Numbered from the stretch's first letter, positions 28,940-39,295 are shown. The stretch: 64,000 bases of DNA from an uncultured Alphaproteobacteria bacterium (GCA_963814055.1 CAWFBJ010000031.1:199039-263038); one strand, 5' to 3'. The notes: a model not told the origin generated them from the letters alone. Translations and numbers: made by a program.

Positions 28940-30582
28940 ATGAACGACAGCACAGTGGCCGAAGGGCTGGCATCGCAACCCAGCACGCCCCCGAAAGCGG
29001 CAGCGAGCCCGCTTGCCCAACAGATCGCGCGCCGGCGCACGTTTGCCATCATCTCGCATCCTGACGCCGGCAAAACCACGCTGACCGAGAAACTGCTGCT
29101 GTTCGGCGGCGCCATCCAGCTCGCCGGTCAGGTCAAGGCCAAGCGCGATGGGCGCAACACCCGCTCGGACTGGATGGCCATCGAGAAGGCGCGTGGCATT
29201 TCGGTCGTCACCTCGGTGATGACGTTCGAGTACGGCGGGGCGGTGTTCAACCTGCTGGACACGCCGGGCCACGAGGACTTCTCCGACCACACCTATCGCA
29301 CGCTGACGGCGGTCGACTCCGCGATCATGGTGATCGACGCCGCGCGCGGTATCGAGGCGCGCACGCGCAAGCTGTTCGAGATCTGCCGCCTGCGCGACAT
29401 CCCCATCATCACCTTCATCAACAAGATGGATCGCGAGAGCCGCGAGCCGCTGGAGCTGCTCGACGAGATCGAGCACACGCTGGCGCTGCAGACGGCGCCC
29501 ATGGTCTGGCCGGTCGGCCAGCGGACGCGATTTCAAGGGCACTTACGATCTCTCCCAGCCGCGTATCCGTCAGGTAGAACAGGAGCCGGAAGGGCAGCCC
29601 GTATCCGGCCCGGACGACCCCATATTCGACAAGCTGCTGGATGCGGATGGTGCCGCTGCCGCCTGGCGCGACGAGATCGCGCTGGTTGAGACCGCCTGTG
29701 GCAAGTTCGATCTCGCCAAGTTCCGCGACGGCACGCTCACGCCCGTCTACTTCGGCAGCGCGCTCAAGAACTTCGGCGTGCGCGACATCCTGGAGGCGCT
29801 GATTGCGCACGCGCCGCCGCCGCGCAATCAAAAGGCGGCCACACGCACGGTCGAAGCCACCGAGAAGGCGATGACCGGCATCGTCTTCAAGATCCAGGCG
29901 AACATGGACCCCAACCATCGCGACCGCATCGCCTTCATGCGCGTGTGCTCGGGCAAGCTGACGCGCGGCATGAAAGTGAAGGTCGTGCGCACCGAAAAAA
30001 CCATGGCGCTGGCTGCGCCGCAGTTCTTCTTCGCCCAGGACCGCTCGCTGGCGGAGGAGGCCTATGCCGGCGACGTGGTGGGCATCCCCAATCGCGGCGC
30101 GCTGCGGATCGGCGACGCGGTGACCGAGGGCGAGGACATCACCTTCCTCGGCATCCCGAGCTTCGCGCCGGAAATCCTGCGCCGCATCCGGCTGGAAGAT
30201 GCGATCCGCGCCAAGAAGCTGCGTGAGGCGCTGCGCGAGATGGCCGAGGAGGGCGTGGTGCAGCTTTTCAACCCGGTCGACGGCACGCAGCCGATCGTCG
30301 GCGTCATCGGCGTCCTTGCAGCTCGATGTGCTGGCCGACCGTCTGAAGCACGAATACGGCCTGCAGACAGGATTCGACCCGGCGCCGTGCGATACGGTGC
30401 GCTGGATCGTATCCGACGACCCGGCAGCGCTGTCGCGCTTTGTCGAGAAGAACCGGTCGGCCGTGGCCACCGATCTCGACGGCGCGCAGGTGTTCCTCGC
30501 CACCTCGGCCTTCAACCTGTCATGGGTGGCCGACCGCAATCCCGAGATCAAGTTCGTCGATATCAAGACGACGACGGTGTGA
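28940..30582 (+). pseudogene. prfC: peptide chain release factor 3 (GTPase), interrupted by two +1 insertions
   Basis: Three consecutive frames carry [23 protein letters not shown]...DTPGHEDF...NKMDR..WPVGQ | [10 protein letters not shown]...IVFKIQANMDPNHRDRIAFMRVCSG...PIVGVIGVL | QLDVLADRLKHEYGL...IKFVDIKTTTV. The switches lie at about 29522 and about 30315-30318. The length is 1643 nt (3n+2). Confidence 0.9.
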
Positions 30583-30587
30583 TCGCC

Positions 30588-31424
30588 TCAACCTTTGTGC
30601 GCAGCGGTCCCGAAACGCGATCCTTCCTCGACGAACACCTCGGTCACGCCATAGTCGGCTTCGGCAGGGATTTGCAGCTTGCGGCCTTCCGGCGTTTTCA
30701 TTGCTTTCGGCATGACCGTCACAACCGGGCGTGAACGTGTGATCTCCACCGCCTCGGCCACCGTGCGGTAGCGTGCGAGCTTCTCCAAGTTCATGCGGGT
30801 GGCAAACACCAGGGTGCGCGTGCCCGCCTTGGCCTCGCTCAGGGCCTGCTGCGGCGTGATCCACAAGCCTTCTACGGACTCGCCGCCGTCGTGGGCGCCG
30901 AGCTGCACCACAGGCGCGGCGATCAGGAAGAAGTGCGTGTCGAAGCGTTTCGGTACGACTTCCGGCGTGATCCAGTGGGCGAACGGCACCATCAGGTCCG
31001 CGGCCAGCGCCAGGTTTTCCTTGCGCACGATGTCGACGAACGTGGTTTCGCCTTTGAGCAGCGCCGCTCGGTAGGTCTCTACCAAGTTGTGCGCCGCGTC
31101 GGCGTCGACGATCTCGTTGGTGCCGCGGCGCCGCGCCAGCATGAGCCCTGCTTCTTCGAAGGTTTCGCGGCCGGCCGCGACAAAGAACGAGCGGTCCGGT
31201 GCGTTTGGCGCGTTCGGGGCCAGCTTGCCCCAGGCGGCGTCCGAATCTTCCGCGTCCACTTTGCCGCCGGGAAACACCAGGGCGCCGGAGGCGAAGTCGA
31301 TCTGGTGATGGCGCACCACCATGAACACCTCGATGCCGCCGGCGCCATCGCGGAGGATGACCACCGTTGAAGCCGGACGGGCCGGAACCGGCGTCTTGGG
31401 GGCATCGCTCATTGGTCGGGTCAT
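30588..31424 (-). CDS. NUDIX hydrolase
   Basis: The Nudix box reads GGKVDA...AAGRETFEEAGL. It is convergent with prfC, with a 5-bp gap. Confidence 0.8.
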   Translation of the reverse strand: MTRPMSDAPKTPVPARPASTVVILRDGAGGIEVFMVVRHHQIDFASGALVFPGGKVDAEDSDAAWGKLAPNAPNAPDRSFFVAAGRETFEEAGLMLARRRGTNEIVDADAAHNLVETYRAALLKGETTFVDIVRKENLALAADLMVPFAHWITPEVVPKRFDTHFFLIAAPVVQLGAHDGGESVEGLWITPQQALSEAKAGTRTLVFATRMNLEKLARYRTVAEAVEITRSRPVVTVMPKAMKTPEGRKLQIPAEADYGVTEVFVEEGSRFGTAAHKG

Positions 31425-31972
31425 CCTTTGGGCAGCGGAAACTGGTCGAGGTAGGCCTTGTAGCTATCCTCAACATCGATGTCCAAGCTAGCCAGTACGC
31501 GCACGACACCATTGTAGAAACCGATGGTCAGGGACAGATCGACAATGCATTCGTTGTCGAGTTCGGTCCGCAGTTCGGCAAAAGTCGCATCCGATATGAC
31601 GAGATCCTCGGTCATCTCGCGGGCTGCCGCCAGGACGGCTTTAGCCAGCGGTTCGAGCGGATTCGGACGGCCTTCCGCCTCGTCCATCAAGGCGCGGATG
31701 TCGTCATCGGACACCCCGAACTTCTTGCCGATCTCGATGTGATGCGACCACTCGTAGGGCGCTCGGGTCAGATAGCCGACCATCAGGATTGCCAGCTCGC
31801 GCAGCCGCGGGTCCAGCTTGCTCTTGAATCTGATGAACCCGCCGAGCGTGCTGAACGCGCGTAGGCCGTTGGGGCTATGGGCAAGCGCCCGATAGATGTT
31901 GGCCCTGCGCGCCAGCAGATCCTGATGCTCTGGCGGGAGATCCTTCAGATCGAGATAGGGTACGCGCGCCAT
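31421..31972 (-). CDS. carboxymuconolactone decarboxylase (AhpD-like) family protein
   Basis: ...LRELAILMVGYLTRAPYEWSHHIEIGKKFG... is typical of the CMD family. A GGAGGA ribosome-binding site is present. An ATGA overlap joins it to the NUDIX gene. Confidence 0.75.
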   Translation of the reverse strand: MARVPYLDLKDLPPEHQDLLARRANIYRALAHSPNGLRAFSTLGGFIRFKSKLDPRLRELAILMVGYLTRAPYEWSHHIEIGKKFGVSDDDIRALMDEAEGRPNPLEPLAKAVLAAAREMTEDLVISDATFAELRTELDNECIVDLSLTIGFYNGVVRVLASLDIDVEDSYKAYLDQFPLPKG

Positions 31973-31985
31973 CATATCCTCCGTT

Positions 31986-32807
31986 TCAGTGCGATTGAGT
32001 GTCCCGCGCCGGCGCCTGCAGCGTGACGCCACCGTCCACGACGAGCGTCTGGCCGGTGATGTAACGCGCGTGATCCGACAGTAGGAAACGCACCGCATGG
32101 CCGACATCCCAGCCGGTGCCTTCGATTCCCAGCGCCGACGCTCGGCGCCGCTGCTCGCGTGCCCCCTCACTCATGCCGCGCGCGTAAACCATGGGCGTGT
32201 AGACAGGCCCCGGCGCGATGCAGTTGACGCGAATGCCGTCGGCGGCGTGGTCGACGGCCATGGCGCGCGTCAGGGCGATCACTGCACCCTTCGACGTCGT
32301 ATAGGCCGTGAGCCCGCGCGGACGCAGCGCCGAGATCGACGAGATGTTGACGATGGCGCCGCGGCCGGCGGTCTTGATCATCGCCGGGATGGCATATTTG
32401 GCGGTGAGAAACATAGTCTCGACATTGACCTGCATCACCCGCCGCCACGCCTCAGGCGATTCCTCCACCACCGACCCCCGGCTGCCGATGCCGACGTTAT
32501 TGTCCAAGAAATCCACGCGGCCGAATCGATCGAGGGCCGCCGACACCATGGCCTCACATTGCGCATTGTCCGTGAGATCGGCCTGATGGGCGGCAGCCGT
32601 TCCGCCTTCGGCCGTTATCATGGCAACAGTTCGTTGCGCCAGCGCCAGTTCGCGATCGACCACGAACAGGCTTGTGCCAGCGCGCGCCAGCAGGATTGCA
32701 GCCGCCCGGCCGTTGCCTATGCCGTCACCCGCCGCTCCGCCACCGGCAATGATGGCTACCTTGCCCGCCAGACCGGCGTCGTCTTCGGGTCGCGCTGCCA
32801 CGGCCAT
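31986..32807 (-). CDS. SDR family oxidoreductase
   Basis: GKVAIIAGGGAAGDGIGNG is the cofactor-binding motif. The motifs ...NNVG..., ...NISSISA... and the catalytic YTTSKGAV (Y-x-x-x-K) are present. Confidence 0.85.
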   Translation of the reverse strand: MAVAARPEDDAGLAGKVAIIAGGGAAGDGIGNGRAAAILLARAGTSLFVVDRELALAQRTVAMITAEGGTAAAHQADLTDNAQCEAMVSAALDRFGRVDFLDNNVGIGSRGSVVEESPEAWRRVMQVNVETMFLTAKYAIPAMIKTAGRGAIVNISSISALRPRGLTAYTTSKGAVIALTRAMAVDHAADGIRVNCIAPGPVYTPMVYARGMSEGAREQRRRASALGIEGTGWDVGHAVRFLLSDHARYITGQTLVVDGGVTLQAPARDTQSH

Positions 32808-32970
32808 TTCGCTCCTCCCCTACTGTCCCCTTTTTCATCGTGATAGCACGGCCGCGCCGACCCGGACATGCACGCCACCCATGCATCGGGCGCAGTTTGT
32901 TTGCGTCCAGGCGGCGAAGGGATAAGCTGAAAGAAAACCCGAGGGCGGGCACAAGGAGACGCGCGACACC

Positions 32971-33765
32971 ATGGCCGCCTGCCTCGCCGTTACCCTTACT
33001 TCCAACCTCTCTGCACAATCCCAGCCGGAGTCTCAACGCGTGTCACAACAAGTCATTGCGGAGCTTGCACCGACCGGCGTGCTTCGTGCCGGCATCAATC
33101 TGTCGAATTTCCTGCTGGTGACGGGAAAAAGCGAGGCTGGCGACCCCGTGGGGGTCGCGCCCGACATGGCCGGCGAGATCGCAAAACGGCTGGGCGTGCC
33201 GGTGAAGTACGTGACGTTCAAGTCACCGGGCGAACTCGCGGACGCGGCCGATGCCAGCGCGTGGGACATCGGCCTGATCGGCGCCGAACCGCAGCGCGCC
33301 GAAAAGATCGCGTTCTCCCCCGCCTACGTCGAGATCGAAGCGACTTACCTGGTGCCGGCAGGCTCGCCGTTGCAATCGATCGCAGACGTCGACAAGGCCG
33401 GCGTGCGCATCGCCGTGACGGGCCGGGCGGCCTACGGGCTCTGGCTCGACCGCAATATCAAGAACGCAGAGCTGGTGCGATCCGACACGCTCGCCAGCGC
33501 CAGCGAACAGTTCGTCCGCGACAAGCTGGAGGCCCTCGCCGGCTTGCGGCCTGGGCTGCTGTCGGATGTCGAGAAAATCCCGGGTGCGCGCATTCTCGAC
33601 GGAAAATTCATGGCGGTGCAGCAGGCGGTCGGTACGGCACGTAAGAACACGGCCGGCGCCGCCTTCCTGCGCGATTTCGTCGAACGGGCCAAGGCATCGG
33701 GGCTCGTCGGGCGCCTCATCGAAACGCACAAGGTGCGCGGTTTGTCCGTCGCGCCGCCGAGCTGA
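32971..33765 (+). CDS. family-3 (polar amino acid type) substrate-binding protein, orphan
   Basis: ...LRAGINLSNFLLV...GVAPDMAGEIAKRLGVPVKYVTF...AWDIGLIGAEPQRAEKIAFSPAY... fits the family. The signal peptide is short. No adjacent permease or ATPase genes are present. Confidence 0.7.
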   Translation: MAACLAVTLTSNLSAQSQPESQRVSQQVIAELAPTGVLRAGINLSNFLLVTGKSEAGDPVGVAPDMAGEIAKRLGVPVKYVTFKSPGELADAADASAWDIGLIGAEPQRAEKIAFSPAYVEIEATYLVPAGSPLQSIADVDKAGVRIAVTGRAAYGLWLDRNIKNAELVRSDTLASASEQFVRDKLEALAGLRPGLLSDVEKIPGARILDGKFMAVQQAVGTARKNTAGAAFLRDFVERAKASGLVGRLIETHKVRGLSVAPPS

Positions 33766-33807
33766 CAGGGCCGGCAAACAGTCGGTCAACGGGGAAAGGG
33801 AAACGCC

Positions 33808-34686
33808 ATGTTCAACGTGGGTGAGATCGAGATTCTGCGGGTCGAGGAAAGCCTCGGGCCAGGTTTTGCGCCCAGCGTGCTGTTGCCCGACTGGACACCG
33901 GAAGCCGTGGCACCGCACCTGCCCTGGCTGGCGCCGACCTACTATGATCCCCAGCAGGACAAGCTGATCTCCAGCATCCACAGCTGGGTGCTCAAGACCC
34001 GCCACCACACGATCCTGATCGACACCTGCGTCGGCAACCACAAGGAGCGCCCCGGCCAGCCGCGCTTCCATATGCTCAACCGGCCCTACATGGAGAACTT
34101 CGCCAAGGCAGGCCTGAAGGTGGAGGACATCGACTACGTGCTCTGCACGCATCTGCACGTCGATCACGTCGGCTGGAATACGCGGCTCGACAACGGCCGC
34201 TGGGTGCCGACCTTCCCCAACGCCAAGTACGTCTTCTCAAAGACCGACCGCGACTATTTCGATCCCACCCGCGGCGCCGGCGGCAAGATCGAAGCGCACG
34301 CGCGCGTGTTCAACGACAGCGTGCTGCCGATTCTGGAAGCCAGGCAGGACATGACGGTGGACGGCACGCACAAGCTGGGCGACGACATCACGATTTCGCC
34401 CGCGCCGGGGCATTCGCCAGGCCACGTGCTGATCACGCTGCAGTCGAAGGGCACCGAAGCGCTGTTCATCGGCGACATCATGCACAACCCGATCCAGATC
34501 TATCACCCGCTCTGGAGCAGCGCCTTTTGCTCCGACCCCGAGCAGGCGCGGCGTACCCGGCGCATGGTGCTGGAGCACGCCGCCGGCAAGGGCAGCCTCG
34601 TCTATCCGCAGCATTTCGCCGGGCCGCACATCGGGCGGGTGAGCGAAAAGGGCGGCGCGTTCACCTACCTGCCCGGACGTGGCTAA
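33808..34686 (+). CDS. MBL-fold metallo-hydrolase
   Basis: The metal motif reads VLCTHLHVDHVGW. Later motifs include ...PAPGHSPGH... and GDIMHNP. Confidence 0.8.
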   Translation: MFNVGEIEILRVEESLGPGFAPSVLLPDWTPEAVAPHLPWLAPTYYDPQQDKLISSIHSWVLKTRHHTILIDTCVGNHKERPGQPRFHMLNRPYMENFAKAGLKVEDIDYVLCTHLHVDHVGWNTRLDNGRWVPTFPNAKYVFSKTDRDYFDPTRGAGGKIEAHARVFNDSVLPILEARQDMTVDGTHKLGDDITISPAPGHSPGHVLITLQSKGTEALFIGDIMHNPIQIYHPLWSSAFCSDPEQARRTRRMVLEHAAGKGSLVYPQHFAGPHIGRVSEKGGAFTYLPGRG

Positions 34687-34723
34687 CAAGACCTCTGGCG
34701 GCGAGGGCAAAGGCTAGAGCCGA

Positions 34724-35707
34724 TCACCGGCCCACCAACGCCTGGGCTCGCTCGTAATAGGAAAGGTCGACGTATTTGGCAGGGTTGGGCGGCTTGCCGC
34801 CCCACTTGCCCTCGATCTCGGCACGTAGGGCCAGCACGTTGCGGAAGCCATCCATATCAAAGCGGGCATCTGGCGCCAGGCCATTCACGGGATCGGCCGC
34901 ACGGTCGTAGGTCGCCTCGGCGACGTCGAACGGTATCTTGAGGCGTTCGGCCAGAAGCGCTGCCGCCTCGGCACGGTTGCCGCGGTCGAGCGCCCAGCGC
35001 AGCGATTCTATGTAGGCCGCGAGATACCGCTCCAGCGTCGGCGCGTTGGCCTCAGCCCAGCTCTTCAACACCCAGCAGCCGGTACCCTGGTAGGGGCCGA
35101 CGAGCTTCACCGCCATGCCGAGGCTCGGGAAACCCTCGCGCACCGCCGTGATGGAAAAGGGCGGGTTCAGCATGCTTGCAGCGTGCTCTTTGTTCTCTTT
35201 CATGAGGCCGAGCCGCACGAATGTGCCGCCCGTCGCTTTCACGGTGTAGTCCTGCCCGTCGCGCAATCCTTCGTTCAGCAGCGCCTTCTTGACAACCAGC
35301 GCATAGGCCGTGTTTGGCGCATCAACTATGACGGTACGGCCCTTGAGGTCGGCGATCGTTTTGACGTCGGGCTGAGCGAACAGCTCCTGCATGCTGCTGT
35401 CGCCGCCCATGACAATGATCGAGGCGGCGCCGGTATCCGCCAGGGCTACCGAGTTGTCGACGCCCGCGTGCGCGATCTCGAAGGCGCCGTTGGTCAGCCC
35501 CTCGCGCTGCGCACCCGAATTGGGCGTGAACTGCAGCTCGATGTCGAAGCCGCGGCGAGCAAAAATTCCCTTGGCCTGTCCCGCGAAGATGGGGAGATTC
35601 TGCACGCCTGCAAAGACGTTGACTCGCAGCTTTTTTGGCTCCTGAGCCAAGACCGCGGACATTCCCATGAGAGTGCAGAAGACAGCAATCCCGAGTCGTG
35701 CCAGCAT
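34724..35707 (-). CDS. ABC transporter substrate-binding protein (NMT1/THI5-like, nitrate/sulfonate/bicarbonate type), orphan
   Basis: The signal peptide MLARLGIAVFCTLMGMSAVLAQ is followed by ...LRVNVFAGVQNLPIFAGQAKGIFARRGFDIELQF.... The ORF-track N-terminal extension to 36211 is unsupported. Confidence 0.7.
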   Translation of the reverse strand: MLARLGIAVFCTLMGMSAVLAQEPKKLRVNVFAGVQNLPIFAGQAKGIFARRGFDIELQFTPNSGAQREGLTNGAFEIAHAGVDNSVALADTGAASIIVMGGDSSMQELFAQPDVKTIADLKGRTVIVDAPNTAYALVVKKALLNEGLRDGQDYTVKATGGTFVRLGLMKENKEHAASMLNPPFSITAVREGFPSLGMAVKLVGPYQGTGCWVLKSWAEANAPTLERYLAAYIESLRWALDRGNRAEAAALLAERLKIPFDVAEATYDRAADPVNGLAPDARFDMDGFRNVLALRAEIEGKWGGKPPNPAKYVDLSYYERAQALVGR

Positions 35708-35718
35708 GGATCTTCTCG

Positions 35719-36603
35719 CTATTTCTTTTGCGGCTTCAGCCCCAGGATCTGGCGCGCCTCGGCGACGGTAGCGATCTTGGCGCCGAGGGCTTCGAGGATA
35801 CGGACGGATTTCTCCACCAGCGCCGCGTTGCTGGGCGTCGGCGTGCCCTTGGCGAGGTGTACCGTGTCTTCCATGCCGATGCGGCAGTGGCCGCCCAGGA
35901 TGTAGGCCTGCGCCAGCATCGTGAAGGAATGCCGGCCGGCACCGAAGGCGGCCCACTCGCTGCCCGGCGGCAGCATGGACTTCATCAGGCTCATGGTCTC
36001 CGGGGTGGAGGGCAGGCCGTACTTGATACCGGTGACGATCTGGAACAGGGCCGGTGTCTTCAGCGTGCCGTCGGCAATCAAATCGTGTGCCAGCACCATG
36101 TCGCCGGTGTTGAAGATCTCGAGTTCCGGCAGCGAGCCCGCCGCGTACATGCGCTCGGCCATGATCTTGATGCTGCGCGGCGAGTTGATCACGGCACCGC
36201 CGCCGAACCACTGCGTGTTGAGATCGAGCGTACAGATCTCCGGCTTCAGCTCGACCACGTGCTCGGTGCGAATCTCCGGCGTGGTCAGCATCGTGCCCGG
36301 CCCGGCCTTGGCCGGCTCGTCGTCGCTGGGGATGAAGCGGCCGCCGGGGCCCGCCGTCAGATTGATGATGAGGTCGGTGTCGCTGCGCCGGATGCGCTGC
36401 ACCACCTCACGATAGTATTCGAGCTTCATGCTGGGTTTGCCGGTGTCGGGCTCGCGCACATGGATGTGGCAGATGGCGGCGCCGGCTTTCGCGGCGCCGA
36501 TGCAGGCGTTGGCGATCTCCTCGGGTGTGACGGGAAGCGCGGGATTGTGCGCGCGCGTCGGGAATGTGCCGGTGACGGCGCACGTCAGAATGGTCGGTTT
36601 CAT
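35719..36603 (-). CDS. 3-keto-5-aminohexanoate cleavage enzyme family protein (BKACE/DUF849)
   Basis: MKPTILTCAVTGTFPTRAHNPALPVTPEEIANACIGAAKAGAAICHIHVR... is the hallmark BKACE N-terminus. Confidence 0.8.
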   Translation of the reverse strand: MKPTILTCAVTGTFPTRAHNPALPVTPEEIANACIGAAKAGAAICHIHVREPDTGKPSMKLEYYREVVQRIRRSDTDLIINLTAGPGGRFIPSDDEPAKAGPGTMLTTPEIRTEHVVELKPEICTLDLNTQWFGGGAVINSPRSIKIMAERMYAAGSLPELEIFNTGDMVLAHDLIADGTLKTPALFQIVTGIKYGLPSTPETMSLMKSMLPPGSEWAAFGAGRHSFTMLAQAYILGGHCRIGMEDTVHLAKGTPTPSNAALVEKSVRILEALGAKIATVAEARQILGLKPQKK

Positions 36604-36663
36604 CGCTTCCTACCCAGTTTGCTTGCTTCGCTGTCGTCAAAAAGTTCCGCCCGCGTCAAGCCC

Positions 36664-37065
36664 TCACTCCGGCTTGAAGTTCATGGCGACGCCGTTGATG
36701 CAGTAGCGCTGGCCGGTCGGCGGCGGCCCATCGTCAAAGACATGACCCAGATGGCTCCCGCACCGGCTGCAATGCACTTCCGTTCGTACCATGCCGTAGC
36801 TTCGGTCTTCGGTCGCCTCCACTGCGCCCGCCTCGGGGTCGTTGAAGCTCGGCCAGCCCGTGCCGCTCTCGAACTTCTTGTGCGAGACGAACAGCGTTTG
36901 ATCACATCCCGCGCACGTGAAGGTACCGGCGCGCTTCTCGAAGTTGAGCGCACAGCTCCCGGGGGCCTCGGTGCCATGCTGCCGCATGACCTGATATTGC
37001 TCCGGGGTGAGCAGCTTGCGCCACTCCGCCTCGGTCCTGTTGACCGGATACTGCTTGGTGTCCAT
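36664..37065 (-). CDS. msrB: peptide-methionine (R)-S-oxide reductase
   Basis: ...CAGCDQTLF...GWPSF...HCSRCGSHLGHVFDDGP...RYCINGVA carries two CxxC zinc motifs and the catalytic Cys. An AAGGAA ribosome-binding site precedes the ATG at 37065. Confidence 0.9.
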   Translation of the reverse strand: MDTKQYPVNRTEAEWRKLLTPEQYQVMRQHGTEAPGSCALNFEKRAGTFTCAGCDQTLFVSHKKFESGTGWPSFNDPEAGAVEATEDRSYGMVRTEVHCSRCGSHLGHVFDDGPPPTGQRYCINGVAMNFKPE

Positions 37066-37148
37066 GGCTGAGATTCCTTGTCGGCGCGGCGGAGCGTACC
37101 CGCCGCGGGGCGTCTTCACGAACAGGGATGCGAGGGTATCAAGGAGGC

Positions 37149-38120
37149 TCACTTGATGGCCAGCGGGTTCACGGGTGAGCCCACGGCTCCGGTAATGGGG
37201 ATAGCGGGCGCTACGAACAAGTATTCGTACACTCCGTCCGCAGCGCAGTCCTCGGCCAATTCCTTGACGTTGAAGATCTCGCCCATGGTCATGCCCATGA
37301 TCGGGATCGTGATCCAGTGCCAGGGCTGGTTGATGCCGGGCTCGGTCTCATTGGGCCGCACCTCGGCGCCCCAGGTGTCGGTGGCAAGCGCCGCAAGCTG
37401 GGTGCGCTGCACGAACTCCAAGGTCTCGAACGCCATGCCGGGTGCATTGCCGCCGGGATAGCCGTCCCAGCTTTCCTGCTTCAGGCAGCGTTCGAGCTGG
37501 CCGGTGCGCACGACGATATAGTCGCCGCGCTTGAAGTCGACGCCTTGCTTCTTTGCCGTCTGATCGAGGTCGTCGCAGGTGATGGCGTAGCCGTCCTCGA
37601 GCCACTCCACGCCCTTGGTGCGCGCCACGTCGAGGAACACGCCGCGGCCGACCATCTTGTTCTTGGTCTTCTCGATGCCGCACTTCTGCGCGCCGAAGGA
37701 TGTGACCTCGCGGCAGTCGTAGCCGTTCCACATGTAGTTCTCGTAGAACACGTGACCGAGCCCGTCCCATTGCGTGCCGCTTTGCAGGGGCAGCACCACC
37801 ATGTCGTCCGCCGCGCGAATGCCGCGCTTGTCGAGGACGCCGGAATAGGCGTCGGTGCCGGTGCGCAGCATGACGTGCAGCGGGTTGATGCGCCCCAGGG
37901 TCGGGTAGGTCGTCTTGGCGCCCTGCGGGCCTTTCTCGTCATAGTTCAGCGCCAGCGAGATCACTTTGCCCTTCTTCACCAGCCTGGCCGCAGCGACGAT
38001 GTCTTCGGGCTGTGTGTAGTTGAGCGTGCCGATCTCGTCGTTCGGACCCCATTTGCCCCAGTTCTTGTACTTCTCGGCAGCATCGCTGAGGTCCTGGCGG
38101 TTCAACTTGCGGCTGGTCAT
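37149..38120 (-). CDS. putative cyclase family protein, paralogue of 17458..18435
   Basis: MTSRKLNRQDLSDAAEKYKNWGKWGPNDEIGTLNY...LQSGTQWDGLGH...GDYIVVRTG...ATDTWGAE... fits the family. The upstream part of ORF 37149..39200 is antisense to the Bug gene and was discarded. Confidence 0.75.
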   Translation of the reverse strand: MTSRKLNRQDLSDAAEKYKNWGKWGPNDEIGTLNYTQPEDIVAAARLVKKGKVISLALNYDEKGPQGAKTTYPTLGRINPLHVMLRTGTDAYSGVLDKRGIRAADDMVVLPLQSGTQWDGLGHVFYENYMWNGYDCREVTSFGAQKCGIEKTKNKMVGRGVFLDVARTKGVEWLEDGYAITCDDLDQTAKKQGVDFKRGDYIVVRTGQLERCLKQESWDGYPGGNAPGMAFETLEFVQRTQLAALATDTWGAEVRPNETEPGINQPWHWITIPIMGMTMGEIFNVKELAEDCAADGVYEYLFVAPAIPITGAVGSPVNPLAIK

Positions 38121-38225
38121 TGCAGCGTTCTTCCCTTGGTTGCGCGCGTTGGACGGCGGCGGCTGTTGGCGACGTCGCATGTGATGGCTAGTATGGCCGA
38201 AAATATAAACGCCGTGGAGGACGCC

Positions 38226-39203
38226 TTGAAAGCAATTGTTCGGCTCATCGCCGTTGCGTGCGCGCCTTTCGTATTTGCCAGCGCAATTGCCGCGCAAGCC
38301 TACCCCGACAAGCCCGTACGCGTGATCGTGGGATTTGCGCCCGGTGGCCCGACCGATGTCATCGCCCGCATCGTGGCAGACAAGCTCTCGGCCAGCCTGG
38401 GCAAGCAGTTCTACGTCGTCAACCAGCCGGGCGCCGGCAGCAACACGGCGACCGGAATGGTGGCAACCTCGCCCGCCGACGGCTACACGGTGCTGGTCGT
38501 CAGCACCGGGTTCGTGGTCAACCCGAGCTTGTTCGCCAAAGTGCCCTACGATCCGGTGAAGGATTTTGCGCCGATCACCATCGTCGCGGTGTCGCCGAAC
38601 GTCATGACCGTGCATCCCTCGGTGCCAGCCAAGTCGATGAAGGAACTGATCGAGGTCATCAAGGCCAACCCGGGCAAGTACAGCTTCGCCGCCCCCGGCG
38701 CCGGCAGCACGCCTCACCTGTCCGGCGAGATCTTCCGGCTCGCCTTCGATCTCGACCTCCCCACGGTCCAGTTCACCGGCGCAGGCCCCGCTATCCAATC
38801 GACGCTCGGGGGCCACACGCCGGTGGCGTTCTCGGCCCTGCCCCCGGCAGCCCCACAGATCAAGGAGGGCAAGCTGCGCGCGCTTGCAGTGACGGCGGAG
38901 AAGCGCTCGTCGGCGCTGCCCGAGGTGCCGACGATGGCGGAGGCGGGGATCAACGGGCAGGAGGCCTATACCTTGACCGGCATCCTCGCGCCGGCCGCGA
39001 CGCCCAAGGAAATCATCGACCTGCTGCATCGTGAGATCGTCGCGGCGGTGGCGATGCCCGAGGTGCGCAAGCGCCTCGACGACCTGGGCTTCGACGTGGT
39101 GGCCAATACGCCCGACCAGTTCGCGGCACAGATCAAAACGGAGCTGCAGAAGTGGGCGAAGGTCATCCGCGACGCCAAGATCAAGGTCGAAGGCGCGCAC
39201 TAG
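38226..39203 (+). CDS. Bug-family (TctC-like) tripartite tricarboxylate transporter substrate-binding protein, orphan
   Basis: The signal peptide (M)KAIVRLIAVACAPFVFASAIAAQA is followed by YPDKPVRVIVGFAPGGPTDVIAR...QPGAGSN.... The TTG at 38226 lies 4-5 nt after GGAGGA. ATG alternatives occur at 38184 and 38193. No tctA or tctB gene is nearby. Confidence 0.85.
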   Translation: MKAIVRLIAVACAPFVFASAIAAQAYPDKPVRVIVGFAPGGPTDVIARIVADKLSASLGKQFYVVNQPGAGSNTATGMVATSPADGYTVLVVSTGFVVNPSLFAKVPYDPVKDFAPITIVAVSPNVMTVHPSVPAKSMKELIEVIKANPGKYSFAAPGAGSTPHLSGEIFRLAFDLDLPTVQFTGAGPAIQSTLGGHTPVAFSALPPAAPQIKEGKLRALAVTAEKRSSALPEVPTMAEAGINGQEAYTLTGILAPAATPKEIIDLLHREIVAAVAMPEVRKRLDDLGFDVVANTPDQFAAQIKTELQKWAKVIRDAKIKVEGAH

Positions 39204-39247
39204 AATCCGGCCCGCGAGCGGACCGATGTGTCCGGCCCCTAACGAGA

Positions 39248-39275
39248 AAGGGCGGCCCGAAGCCGCCCTTTGTCA
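39248..39275. terminator. bidirectional rho-independent terminator
   Basis: The stem pairs AAGGGCGGC (39248-39256) with GCCGCCCTT (39262-39270), with loop CCGAA. It is flanked by A-rich sequence upstream and T-rich sequence downstream, between convergent genes. Confidence 0.7.
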
Positions 39276-39295
39276 TTTTCCAGCAACGCGACGAG

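Noticed and set aside
37149-39203. Two mutually antisense long ORFs (37149..39200 minus, 37317..39203 plus).
   Set aside because: Only the 3' third of the minus ORF (cyclase-like, start 38120) and the 3' half of the plus ORF (Bug protein, start about 38226) carry family motifs, signal peptides and ribosome-binding sites. The remainders are antisense artefacts.
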